Under the pieces are notes generated by a model. That model did not search any database, was not told the DNA's origin, and was given only the letters and a program-made list of their open reading frames with translations. Positions 36,673 through 50,016 of a stretch of DNA of 64,000 nt are shown here, piece by piece. Location of the stretch: positions 34,100,001-34,164,000 of the forward strand of contig NC_083280.1 of the NCBI RefSeq assembly GCF_963506605.1, in the 5' to 3' direction. Source of the DNA: Zootoca vivipara. Its lineage: Eukaryota. Position 1 is the stretch's first letter. Every line of letters starts with the position of its first letter. Position numbers and translations under genes: made by a program.

Positions 36673-38747
36673 CCCAGAATTTGTCTTCACTCTGCTAGTC
36701 ACACTGGGTTGTTTTTTTGTATATTCAGCTTTCTTGTTTTTGAGCAGACTTTCATATTCCAATCTACATTTGATCAAATTTTCCATGACCTCTTCTTTTG
36801 GGTTCTTATGCAAACCCCAAATTGCCTTAGCCAGAAAATTCTTAGCCATTTTGCATTGACTGTCAAACCAACCAAGGTGTGTTGATTGTGTGTAGTTATT
36901 AATTGTACAAGTTATCAAATAGGACCTGAGTTCTGTGACAATTGGCTGGAAGGCTTGGAGATTTGCTTATAAAAAATGGGTGCTTTTTCATCAGAGGATT
37001 ACTATATAGTGTATCTTGAATATTGCTGCTCAAACTGTGAGACCATTTCAGCCTTTTCATACCCTTTATTTCTCCACACATTCTTGAAGATTCAGGTATT
37101 GGTATGCATTCTAATGAAACACATGGGGTCACTGACAGCTGTTCATTCTAACACTTCAAAAGTGTTCACAAAAGTGAATAGTGAAGAAGAGACTATAATG
37201 TGATTGACAGCACTTCCACCATGTTTGTTCAAATATGTATATTGACCCCCCCCCCTGTGCTCCCTGGTCAGGTTCACATGGTGGAAGAGGACAAGCAGTA
37301 GGAAGAAAACAAAGATCTTCCTTAACTGTCATCAGGGGTGAGGGGTGTGACCTAGCTGAGTCTAGGAAAAACAGCTTATTCTATGGTCTTAACCCCTTCA
37401 TGCAGTAACTAGAGCTGAACATGCTAACAGAAACTTACTCTAATTTCTGTTTATCTCTTCATATCATCAGTTCTATCAATTTTGACACTTCTACCACCTT
37501 TTATATTTTAAATGATTCTTTTAACATAGGAGCAGAATGACTTCTCCACTTCTTAGCAGCCAACATTTTTGCAAGAACCAGCCAATTCAGATCCAGAACC
37601 TGTGGAGGGTGAAGCAAGAGGCCAAGAAACATTTAAGCACCACTTTTCCCATTCACTTCTCCCCTGTAAACCCTTGGACATCTTTCCTAAAGAAAAGCAG
37701 AGGGGGGACCGAATGTAGAAGTGACAGTAATTTCACTAGTAAAAGCGGGTTGGTGGAGGAAGGTGATTTTCAGCAGGAAAATAGTTTAAGAGCTGGTTTT
37801 TCTTTCTGTCTCCCTGCATCCACCTGTCTCCTCCGTCAAACTGCAGCCTGCTATTTCTTTTTTTAAAAAAGCTATAAAAAGTATTGCAGAATGGATTTAC
37901 TCATCATATGTGCCTCTGTCACAACTTCAACAGAGCCAAGTTTTGAGATGCTGAGAATGTTTCATGTAGTGGGATCTGCACAGGGCATAAGGGCAACATC
38001 AACACCTGGAAGCACCTTCTCTCTCTCTTCCCCAACTGACTCTTCCTGAAGTCCCACCTCCCATTTCTCCCCCTCCGGTGTTTTCTTTCTGTGGATATCT
38101 CTCCTGCAATTCATTACAGCACTTCAATGCAGCTCATCTCAGGGGCTTGATGTTCCCTTTGTGAACCGGAAGGCCACTATATTAAGCACCTCTGTACACA
38201 AACAATAGGGGCTCAAGTCACTCACCACAGTTACAGCTTCCCATTGAGGTGGCATTTAAAAGGCTACATCTGTGAATGAAAAGGAAGCACAGAGGTGGTC
38301 CAATTACATGTAGCTCTGTGAGTGTAAACACCTAGTTATGCAGCAGTGAGTCATTTAGGCAGTAACCTCATTCTGTCATGAATGTTAACATGCACCATTT
38401 CTCCAGATAAGACTGAGCGAACATCTAGCATGGCTTCGTTGGAAAAGACGAAGAACCATGATTAACAGCTACATTTGCATACAATAGTCAAGTATGTGCC
38501 AAGGCAGAACAGAAGAGACAATGTAGAATGATAGTTAAAGTAGGACTGGGAAGGCCAAGGTTCAGATCTTAGTCATGAAGTTGTCTTACCGGGGGGGGGG
38601 GTCAATAACTCCTTCTCTCAGCCAAATGTACTTCAGAGGATTATTGAGCAGGTAAAATTGTGGGCAAGGAGTGAGCTATTGACGCAGCCACCATCTTGTT
38701 GGAATGAAGGCGGGGTTAATAAAAAAGAATAACTCAAAATAATAATT

Positions 38748-39077
38748 ATTAATTAATTTATTTATACCCCCGCCCATCTATCTACAGCCACTCTGGGCGG
38801 CTTCCAACAAAACATTAAAATACAGAAATCCATCAAACATTAAAAGCTTCCCTAAACAGGGCTGCCGTAAGATGCCTTCTAAATTGTTGTTCTTTTTGAC
38901 CTCTGGTGGGAGGGCGTTCCACAGGGTGGGTGACACTACTGAGAAGGCCCCCTGCCTGGTTCCCTGTAACTTGGCTTCTCATAGCGAGGGAACCGCCAGA
39001 AGGCCCTCGGCGCTGGACCTCAGTGTCCGGGTAGAACAATGGGGGTGGAGACGCTCCTTCAGGTATACTGGACCGAG
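38748..39077 (-). mobile_element. L2 LINE 3' fragment
   Basis: Reverse-strand match to the 55276-55830 copy. Confidence 0.88.
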
Positions 39078-41744
39078 GCAAAAGGAAAAGAAAACAGGCT
39101 TCCCTTTGAAAGATTCAAATTGGTGTCCATTTATCCAAATATAGATGAAAACCTGCCATTTGGTCTCAGAAACCGTCATGTAAATTTGGTTACAACATCT
39201 TAAGAGGTGTCCAAATACACAGCAAACAAACCACTTTCCAAAATATAGAAATAAATCATTTATTGTCTGCAGCTCCATTTGATGGATTGGACACTGGCAC
39301 AGTCAGCTACTTGTAGTCCTGAATTTAATTTTATTGTCTTAACCAATAAATGCTATGTGAACACTCTTGAGTGTCTCCTCTCACATCCCATAATGGTTAC
39401 CAATTGTTACTAAGAACTGTGACACTTGATCATGTAGAAAGTTCTGGGAAGACAGTGGAAACATTAACCAAATGAGCTAAGGTACTTGGATGTCTGAGAC
39501 AGAAATTCAGAATCCTTCCTCCGCCTTTGGTGGCAGATAAAATAACAGAGCTGACCGTATTGTTGCCTTTTAATGTTAATCCGAAGGTCAAAATAAGATA
39601 TCTTATTTATTTCATAAAGTTTACATACTGCTTGATGGTAAGAAAAACAATCTGTAAGCAGTTATATAGCTTACTGTGCCTTGTAGGTAAATAGAGGCAG
39701 CCCCCTCAGGGAGAGTTGCTTTTGCTCTCGGTTGTGTTTGCAGACTTCCCGTGGGTATGTGAGAATGACGTGCTGGACTAGATGGGTGTTTGGTCTAATC
39801 CTGCAGGGCTCTTCTTATGTCCAAATGCTAGGGGGCAGGCAGAGCAGTAAAGTTCTGAAGAACTGAAATGTGTGTGGCCAGCTCTCTGTCTCCTAAACGA
39901 GACTGATGGCTTCAGATATAGCGGAGGAGGATGCTGTCCAGTCACCAGTGCTGAAGTAATATTCAGCCACCAATTTAGTTGGCTTTGGGAGATAAAAGAG
40001 GGGGTGTATCTTGTGCTTTGCCTCAGGCAGCAAAATGTGTTGGGCTGGCCCCAACACCAGCAGTAGATAATCTCTAGCAAAACCAGTTCATGGGATCTGG
40101 AAATCTCAAAAGACTGCCCTGAGAATATATTATCAACCATGAGAAATATACTGCAATAGGGTATTATTTTTTTAGATTCCTCACCCCCCACAAGTGCTCA
40201 CCTAACAAAATATGCATTGCTTGCAACCACAATCCATTTCATACATAATGGGGAAAAGCGAAATGTCTGAAACACAGAGTACCCATTCAGTACAATACAT
40301 TATTTCCTCAAACCTTTTCCCCCAGCTGTTGCTCGCCTTGGCTCATGTGAACCAAGTAAATATATTTACTTTTGAGTAAAAATGCCCAGATGTTACATGT
40401 TAAGCACTTGTTTTGAAAGTACACTTTCTGGAGCTTCGAATCAAGTCATCGCTTTAGAGTTTCTGTGTCTTCCTCTTTATCTGGATAAAGTTTGGTGTGT
40501 GTGTGTGTTTTTTTACTCAAGTGAAATTTATTTTGCATACCAGGTTCAGGATAACAAAGAATATGTTGAATTTAGCAGGAGTTTAATATGCACAGAGAAT
40601 GACAGAGGGACTGGTCTTTTGTCAATCATCCATCTTCCTTTTTTACTGACGCATCCTTTGGTAGCTCAACAGAGCATTTGGATCGCATTAGCACTTGATA
40701 ATGAATATGAAATTTTCATTATCAAAGAAGATGAAATTGTAATTGCAAAGAAAAATAGTTTTCATTCTATTCCCCATCCTTTCTTTCCAATTACTCCAAA
40801 CAGTATTGGTCTCCCCTCTATGCACTAAACTGGTACATATACTCCAGGTTTAATGACCAACACTGGTCACAAAGAGCCCATTCAAGAGCACAGTCTTAAG
40901 TAGGTTTACTCAAAAGTCAGTGTCACTGCATTCAAATCTCATTGATCTCAATGGGAGAGATATAACCACTGTACTTAACATCTGTTTGGTGCTAATGTGT
41001 TTCTGAAACAAATATCGCGCTAGGTAGCACCTCTCATTCTGCACATTTTATTATGCAGAACAAACTGTTGTGATTTACATGCCTCTACAATACATTCCAG
41101 CCACCATGTCTTAATATAGTCACTGGGAAAAGCTGTCAAGAGTCCAGCAATTTTGTTCAAGAAGGTCAGCAAAAATGCACATCTAAGTAATGAAATTCTG
41201 CATGTAAATATCTTGACTTCTTTTGATGTGCACTATTTACAGAATCTGATAGCATTATACTTTTGTGAATAGTGGAATTTTGAAGTGGTGGTGTATTTTT
41301 CGAGGCTACTGTACTCATTTGTAATATGGATGTTTGCACCAATAAATTTTTCTTTTAAGAAGGTGATTACTATAATTGCATTTTTATGTGACTTTGATAA
41401 ATTCAGAGATTTATTTATTGCATATAAAGGGGGGGGGGCTATACTGCATAAACACTGGGGCCGGGATCCAAAAGGCCCACTACTTTCACCCATTCACTAG
41501 GTGTGTTTATGTGCATACCAGTTTTCAAGTGGCAACTCATATCTCATGGGATGCAATTTCAGAGGTGTCTTTGGAAGGAGCTACTCCAAAAAGAGGACAA
41601 GTGGAAATTTACACAGCAATGTATGGCTTTTGGTGTCCTAGTCAAGATAACAAGCTTTTTGGTGCTAGTATATGTGGAGACATACAAACAGATGCCACCA
41701 TGAAGCCAAAGAAGTTGACAAATTCTTTAGGAAGTAATTAGCCA

Positions 41745-42960
41745 GCACCAGGCACCCTATTGGGAAGACCCAGCTTCCTGAGTGCATGTTCTGGAAGTTG
41801 GGCAATAGAGGCAGTACAGGATTCCTACTGGTGTACCAACCTCCTCACTGCAACAAGGATTCCCTGCCCAAGTTGCTTCAGGTCATGGAGGATGTCCTTT
41901 TGGAGACACCTAGCTTGGTTGTCCTAGGGGATTTTAACATCCATGCCAACACAACCTTACAAAGGGTCACTCTGGACATTGTGGAAAGAAAGTGTGGCCT
42001 CCATGGGGCTGTCCCTGAATAAGTTTGGCCCAACTCATAGCCACAGACATGCCTTAGACCTGGTGTTCATCTCTATGGATGTGGTTGATCTGAAACTAAG
42101 TAAAAGTAAAACAAAAGAAGTGCCATGGTTGGATCACTTCCTATTACTACTGGACTTCTCCGCAATCCTTCCCCTCTGCAGGTAGGTGAGACTGATTCGG
42201 ATGATCTGCCCCCGCCACTTAATGGATCCAAATGGTTTCCAGAGAGTGGTAGGGGGTGTTTTATCCCATGTTGATGGCCTTTCAGTTGATTCCCTGGTGG
42301 CCCTCTGGAATGCAGAGCTAACCAGGGTTATCTGGCTCCAAAATGCCCTCTCCAATTGCATGGAGTCTAGACGGCCCCATGGTTTTCCCCAGAGCTGAGG
42401 GTGATGAAACAATCGCTGAGACGGCTAGAGCACCGGTGGAGGAAAACTCATTCTGAATTGGACTGAACACGGGTTAAGAGCTCAATGTCGAGCCTACCAA
42501 GTGGCGATAGCGACGGCGAAGAGGACCTAAAGGATCTTCATTGGTTCCCAGTGTATTTCTGAGCACAATTCAAAGTGTTGGTGCTGACCTTTAAAACCCT
42601 AAACAGCCTTGACCCAGCATACCTGAAGGAGCATCTCCTCCCCCATTGTTCAACCCTAACACTGAGGTTCTCCTTCAGGCATCTTCTGCTGGTTCCCTCA
42701 TTGTGAGAAGCAAGGTTACAAAGAACCAGGCAGAGGGCCTTCTTGGTAGAAGCACCCTCCCTGTGAAACACCTTCCCTTCAGATGTCAAGGAAATAAACA
42801 ATTATCTGAATTTTAGAAGACATCTGAAGGCAGCCCTGTTTAGGGAAGTTTTAAATGTTTGATGTGTTAGTATGTTCTGATATATGCTGTGAGCCACCCA
42901 GAGTGGTTGGGGAAACCCAGCCGGATGGGTGGGGTATAATCATCAGCATCATCACCATCT
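41745..42960 (+). mobile_element. L2 LINE remnant: APE endonuclease region fused to the 3' end (RT deleted)
   Basis: VYQPP...LVVLGDFNIH and ALDLVF motifs, then an abrupt jump at about 42530 to the LKDLHW-type 3' end. Confidence 0.85.
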
Positions 42961-45539
42961 ACCACGTCTGTATTTCAAAATCTTGGCAAGAATATGAAAG
43001 ACATTTAGTTAAATTTAGTAAAATTTTCTGCTGAACACAGCACTCTGCTAGACAGAGTGATTTTTCCTTTGCTAACCTCTGATTCAGTTCCTACAAGACA
43101 TTTAGAAACACAGGAGGACCACCCTACTTACAGTACATAGCCCAGTAAGTGCTAACTCTTTCATCACAAATGACAGGCTCATTCCACTACAAAATCTGAC
43201 CTAGAACTAAGAGGAAATGTCAGTGTAAACTAATGGGATTTGGAAGAGGAGCCTTACAGTTTTCATCCTCTTAAGTGTTCAAAATGCTCTTCTCTGAACA
43301 AGTGTGGAATTAACCTAGAAGGGTGGTGACAGTGAAGCAGTAAGATTAAGGTAAGTTGTGCAGTGCTTGTATGTCAGAAAGACGGACTTTTATGATACAA
43401 GTGCATGTGTACCCACGCCCATGGAAAATGAAATACATAAATGCTTTTAACCAAATGTACCTCATTTAGGATTTGGAAAGTTACTGGATGTATGAAATCC
43501 CTTTAAGATCTTTTCCTATCCTTACTGAAATTCGTCTGACTTCCTGCATATTTCTTCATAACGTTTGCTATGAATCACCTGCATTAGCTTTAAATTTTAC
43601 TTTGGACAAAATTTTGGTGCCAACACTTTTTAATGACATTCCTAGCAATTCCTTGACATAAATGTTGGCAATAACAATTGCTAGAACTATATTGTGGTAT
43701 TTTCTTTGGAATGTTACACTTTACCTGCATCTGCTGGTGTTGTCGCAGCTTTTAAGAGAGAAATCAGGAGCACAGAACTTCTTTTTGAAAAACGGAAGGG
43801 ATCCTACATGGCAAGGAAACAACAGTAGTGCAAATGGGCATTGCACCTGTCTGATTTCTCCAGCATAGCTAAACATCAGCACACAGCCATGTAGTCACAG
43901 GTGTGATGTGCAAGACAAAGCCAATGCATAATTATTTCTTTAAATGTTCTTGGGCAATGAACATCAAAAATCACCACTAAATGAGACAGGATAAAAGTAT
44001 TATCAGTACATAGCAATAGATATATTGCCTTCAACGAAGTGTTATATTGCTGATATCAGAGTAAACATTTTACCTCTTTTAAAAGGCACAGAAAGTATGT
44101 GTAAAGAGGTCAGGCAATTTTTCTGACCTCCTGAGAATCAATGGAGAATCAATTCCACAGCTGGAGACAAAAAATGTGAAAGAAACAGAAGGCAGGCAGG
44201 TTTTAAAAACAAACAACAAGCACCAATTCCACAAATATCTGGGTTACTTTAAAATTTGCTGTTCAGGAACCCTGAATATATTTCATAATATGAAATAATG
44301 TAATCGGGTATCTTCTGCATTTTTTATATATAAAAAAGGAAATGTGGCATTGGTGATGTGTCAAGTGGGCAAGGCAGATTTGGGCTGTCCATTCCTGGTA
44401 TCCTCTACCTATTCTCTCTTTTGTAATTGGATTTCATGGATACTGTCGTTGACTAAGGAATTTTATCTCTGTGTTGTTTACATAGGAGCATCCTCCTGTG
44501 GGACCAGAAACCTGTTTTATTATTGATCACTGAAAGCTGCCTTATCAACCTTGTTTTGGTTAAAGAGCACCAGCAACTTACTGCTATAGAGGGTATGAAC
44601 TGTGACTTTGCTTCAAATCACTCCATTGGTTGCTTTAAAAGCAGATTTTTCAAACATTGTACGTATTGGGATGTCCAAACTTATCTGCGGAAAAGTCTGT
44701 ATGACTAGAGACACACTGGGTAGCATTTACATGGGGTGTTGGGGCACTGATATGGCTAGTTGGGCTTCACTGTTACTCCACAGGAACTGGATTTTAGGAA
44801 GCCTGGTGATGATGGGCAATAGTCTTTCAAGGATGTCTGTCCACTAACTCTGGTATTGTTACTGTGCAATCCCCAACACGCTTTGAAATACTCTGAGGCA
44901 CAACAAAATACATGTAGAAACCAACATACTATAATCTTTTCTACATCCTGATGTTGAAAAAATTGTAAGACAGATGACGTGAAAGGTAACAGGCTCATCT
45001 GAGCCCATTCTTTAAAACCAGTTAGGTGCAACTTCATTACCAAACCAATGTACTTGACGCCAGAAATAATGAATGGCTCTGCAGGGTTAGCAACTTGTGT
45101 GATGCAATAACTACATTTGTAATTACTAGTTTTACGTCATCATCCCTCCTCTGCCTTAATTAAGTTTGCTTTACCCTCGATCTGGCCCTTTGCACAGAGG
45201 TGGAGAGCACTTGCTCCTGGAGGATTTCCTTATTGAAATTGTTAACATCAAAAGCAGCTCATTTAATTGATGTAAAAGTGTGTGAAGGCATCAGCTAATC
45301 TAAAAGGCAGAAAGAACATAAGGGGTATAAATTAATATATAATAATAACATACCACGCTACGGTGCTTTTTAATGTTTAAAGCAGTGGCGTCATGGGGGC
45401 TATTTAAATCGGGGCCACCCCACTGCTTATCAAAGGAACACCATCTGCCCTGTTTTCCTCGCACAGAAAGAAGGCAGACACTCAGGTCCAGCCCAAGCTG
45501 CCCTTTCATGACACCCCAGATTTGCTGCCTCCTTGGGGT

Positions 45540-47230
45540 AGCTTCTCCTGCGGGCCCAACAACGGGGCTGGCCCTGCAGAAGCCTTCCCACCCCGCTAAC
45601 CCTCCAGACACGCGCGAGAAACGTCCTCCTAAGCCAAGGGCGCCGGCAATTCAGGACGCCGGCCGGCCGTCCCCTTCCCCGGGCTCCTCCGGGAAGCCGG
45701 CCCTTCCTTGGGCGAAGATTGAAGCGAGCAGAAGAAGGCGAGCAGCCGCTGCACCGAGAAACAACGTCGCTCCATCCGCCGCCGCTTCTACTAGCCCACT
45801 TGTCGAGGAAACATGGAGTCACACGTGAGGCTTATGCAACTCGAGTGGCGTCCGCCGCGGCCAATGGAGGCTCCCCGAGCGGCGGCGCGGCCCACCCGCT
45901 ATGCAGATGTGGCTTCGCGTCAGCCAATCCTCGCCCGCCCGAGCGGGCCCCCTCAGACACGGTCACGTTTCTGACAGTATGAAGCCCGGAGTTTGCCGGG
46001 CTGTGAGGGGGAAGCGGAGGCGGGGGCAGCTTCCCGGGGAAGGAGGCGGCGCCGAGTGAGCTGTTGAGGGGAGAAACGAGGGAAGCAGCAGAGCGGAGGG
46101 GGTGGGCGAAGGAAGGACTGCCGACCGCTCCCGTTCCTCTCCCTCCTCGCCCCGTTTACGCCCCCGTGGAGCCCCTTCGAGGCAGGCAGCGTCACTCGTT
46201 GTATAACCGGCGGCTGCCGCCAGCCGGGTCAGCCGCTCCTCGCGCCCGTCACCACCGCCGGGGCTGGAGCGGGGGCTGCGGGAGCCTCGGTCAGGGTAAG
46301 CAAGCGATGCTGGTGGTGTTTGGGGGGTCTGGCCTTTTCCCGCCCGTCACACCCCCTTCCTGCGGGAGGGAAGGGGGCGGGGGGCAGCGCCGGTGGAGCC
46401 AAGGCTGCTTTTGTGCGCGGGAGAAAATGCTTGGGTTGGTTTGGTTTCAGGGGCGGGGAGGGTGTCTCTTGCCTATCTATCGGTGGGATGGAGGGACTTA
46501 ACTAATAGGAACCTGGAGGCGGAGGAGGTTCCCACGTTTCCTCTTATTCTGAGGCGTTTCGTTGTGTGGTGATGGTGGAGGTTGTCTTTCTTTTCTCTTT
46601 TTAAATGGGATTCAAGGAAACGAGGTGCTTGGGCATTAAATGCGGCGGTCTGAAGTAGCAGATAATGTAGCTGCGGTGCTTTTGCGACCTTCGGTGAAGG
46701 CGTGTGGGTGGGTGTGTGGCGGCGGTCGAAGGACACGTGGGGATCGGGGTGCAGCGGCGGAAGTTTTTAAGAAGTGGCCTCGCGCGTCCCTGGGTTGTGT
46801 AAGTGTGCTACTAAATAATAAGGCTGCACTGCTCCTGAAACGCACGCACCGGAGCGAGCCCCTCAGGTGCCAACTTGAATAAAATATTGGGGAGGGGTGA
46901 GCCCCGCCCCGCATAATCGATCACGTGACGTGGTGCGCGAACAATGTTTGAATGGCTATACCCATCAAGTTGGGGAGGGGGCGGTCCCGTCAAATTTTTA
47001 TGGGTGGAGAGTGCGAAGGCCCCTCGGAGTTGGTTCCTATAGGGGGTTGTAAGTGACTGACACTGCCGGATCGCCTTAGGCCACTGCTGGGTCACTGGGC
47101 TGCTTTCCGTGTGTCAGTTGTGGCCAAACTCTGCATAGCCTCCGTTGAAGGCAGTACTACACGCTTTGTACGTTGTTGGGGGCGGGAGGAGGGAAGAGGC
47201 GAGCTGTCAGGTAAGCTGCGCAGGGGTTGC
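45540..47230 (+). promoter_or_regulatory. PER2 CpG-island promoter with E-box, D-box-like, CCAAT and E'-box elements
   Basis: CACGTG 45822-45827, CTTATGCAAC 45831-45840, CCAAT 45861 and 45924, GGTCACGTTT 45961-45970, further E-boxes at 46533, 46734 and 46922. Confidence 0.85.
45990..46295 (+). other. PER2: PER2 non-coding exon 1 (start approximate)
   Basis: Just downstream of the E'-box; donor AGG|GTAAGC at 46295/46296. Confidence 0.55.
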
Positions 47231-48776
47231 CAGGGTGGCTTTCTCTAATCCTTTGAGCCTAGCGTTAGGTGGTAGGATAGAATAATTGTTTACACTAAAC
47301 GCTTCACTTGCGCTTTCAGTAAGCCAATATGTGTTTTTAATTCTAGGTGCTGTAAACTCTCCCCGTTGGCTGGCTGCATGCCTTGTTAATTTTGTACGAC
47401 GCCCCCCCACCCCCGCTCCCCAAATTCATTGCAGAATGATGTGATGTAACTGATAGTAGTTGTGTCTTTAGCAACAAGTCCCTAGGTTCATGATTGATTC
47501 TACAAATGCTTGCTGATGCTGAATGGCTATCATTTTAGATAGTGGTTAAATTAGTCTGGATTTTTAATAGTTTTGTAGATTACAAAAGTGATACAGTATT
47601 TCGTCTTTTAGTACTCCTCTGGTAAATTCAGAGTAGTACACCTGTTATATTCATAGATAGTGTATGGGCATTGTTGAGAAAGAGAATGGCAAATTATATT
47701 TTGCTTTCTAAAAGACTTTATAATTTTGCTTTTTAAAACTAGTTTGGATAGTAAACTTTCATGTCACTCTCATCTTTAAAATATTAAAACATCCTGATAC
47801 TAGATGTGCAGCAGTATAGTACTTCAAGAAATACTGCATTGAGTAATTCTCATTGGTTTGGGATTTCAGAATGTTATTTGCAAGGGAAACACCTGCTGCA
47901 GCCTTTCCCAGTGATGTAAAATACGTTTAAGAACTTTTACTGTAGGCTAATCCTATACAGAAGTAACTTTCACTTTGTTGATAAGCCTTTCCCCCAAGTA
48001 GATATGCATAGAATTGGAGCTCTAATTGATACATCATTTATAGCAGCTTATAAGTGGAGTTGAGATTAGTAGTTGAATCTAGGTGAGACATTCTTATCAG
48101 AAGTGTTATTTCAAGTTTCTGCTGTGTTCCTTTAAGCATGCATACTGTTTTTGTGCCTCTGACACAGTCATTTATGTACTTGTGGCCTGGAATTACAAGG
48201 AAGAACATTGCTGCTTTTTATGAAACACAGGAGTGGAATTTTGAAAGCTCTTTAGTAATAGAAAGACAAATGTGGAACTGGAAACCTTTAAGATGGTGGT
48301 CAGCTCTAGTACAAAATGGGGAGCAAATGATGGGCATTTGGGCTGAACAAAACTTATTCTGTTAAAGACTAAAAGGTGATATTTTCAGCAACTTCAGTAA
48401 ACTTGTATGACATCTTATCCATTTTTGTTGGCAATCCTTCTGTTCCTTTCTCCCAGTGCTCTTATTTTTTCCCTGTCCCCTATACTGTACTTCGGGATTC
48501 ATATATCCTGAATAAAAAAGAGGCAATCATGTCATGCTCTGCAATAGAGGTTTTCAGGCTGTGGTCCACGAGGTCCATTCTAGTGGCCCATAGCAAGGTG
48601 GCAGAATACTTGAGAATATCTGTACTTGGCCCTGCACTTGTTTTATTTTTTCTGAGGATGGAATTGAAGCTGTTCTGACCAGAGTTGGATTTTCATACGG
48701 GGCTAACACTTGCTTTCTCAGTTTTGTCAGAATTTGTGGAGCCCTCTTGTTTCGTCACTTCGACAAGACTTTACAC

Positions 48777-49025
48777 CAGGGGTCAGCAAACTTTTTCAGC
48801 AGGGGGCCGGTCCACTGTCCCTCAGACCTTGTGGGGGGCCGGACTATATTTTGAAAAAATATATAAACAAATTCCTATGCCCCACAAATAACCCAGAGAT
48901 GCATTTTAAATAAAAGGACATATTCTACTCAGGTAAAAACATGCTGATTCCCAGACCGTCTGCTGGCCGGATTGAGAAGGCGATTGGGCCGGATCCGGCC
49001 CCTGGGCCTTAGTTTGGAGATCCTG
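48777..49025. mobile_element. hAT MITE
   Basis: CAGGGGTCAGCAAACT / AGTTTGGAGATCCTG ends; perfect 8-bp TSD CTTTACAC. Confidence 0.88.
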
Positions 49026-49734
49026 CTTTACACTGAAATCTAAGTGTCAAATTAGGGGCAGGTCAAATAACATCTTTAATTTAACCTTTCAGCTTCCTTT
49101 TATGAAAACCCTTACGGTACTTCATTTGTAAGAATGGTTCTCTTTTGAAAACAAATGTTACAGTATTGGTGTTTCTTGACAGCTTTTCATTTAAACATAT
49201 GTTGAACATACAGAAGCATATGATGGAAAGGACAGGTAGAGGATTGGTCATAGACCTCTTTATGCGCAAAGATGATTTTAGTAACAAATGTAGCTTGCTC
49301 ATAGCTGAGTCAGTGAAAATGTTTTGTCCTTAAGCTATTATGTAAACTCATGGCACATACCTATGACAGACTGGTTTTCATTGCCAAAAAGGCCTAGTTA
49401 CTAAGTAACATAGCAACAAGCCAATTAATTCTTATACCGTAGTATCTGTAGTGAGCGTCTGGAGATGGTTATGAGATGGAAAGATGTGTCTGCTGTTGAA
49501 GACCATTGGCAAACTGTGAGTGCGGTTCTGTATACCAGCATTTGCTGACCTGGTTCCCCAGCTAGTAAAGTTGTGCATGAGTTGCAGTACAAAACATCTG
49601 GAGGGGTCCAGGTTGGCAAAAGCTGCCATACCCACTTACTTGGAAGAAAGCTCTTTTGAACTCAATATGACCTATTTCTGAGCAAATGTGCACAGCTTTG
49701 CACTGTCAGTTAATGATGGTTGTGATGAACAGTA

Positions 49735-49981
49735 CAGTGGAACCTCATGTTATGTACCATACTTCTTACAAATGCTTTGGGTTACTACGGTAGCTCCGCT
49801 AACCTGGAAGTAGATGCTCCCGGTTGCGAACTTTGCCCCGGGATGCGAGCGGAAGTCGTGTGCCGGCGGCACAGCAGCAGTGGGAGGCACCATTAGTGGA
49901 AACATGCCTCATGTTAAGAACGGTTTCAGATTACAAACGGACCTCCCAAACGAATTAAGTTCGTAACTGGAGGTACTACTG
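49735..49981. mobile_element. Tc1/mariner-type MITE
   Basis: CAGTGGAACCTC / GAGGTACTACTG TIRs with TA flanks. Confidence 0.75.
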
Positions 49982-50016
49982 TACCTGGTAGGGATGCAAC
50001 CTTTGTTCTTAGGTAT

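Noticed and set aside
36379-36918. Poly-K, poly-L and poly-F ORFs
   Set aside because: Translations of the (CTT)n SINE tail.
45300-47100. Multiple GC-rich ORFs in the PER2 CpG island and at 52034-52654
   Set aside because: Low-complexity products of GC-rich promoter or transposon DNA with no protein signature.
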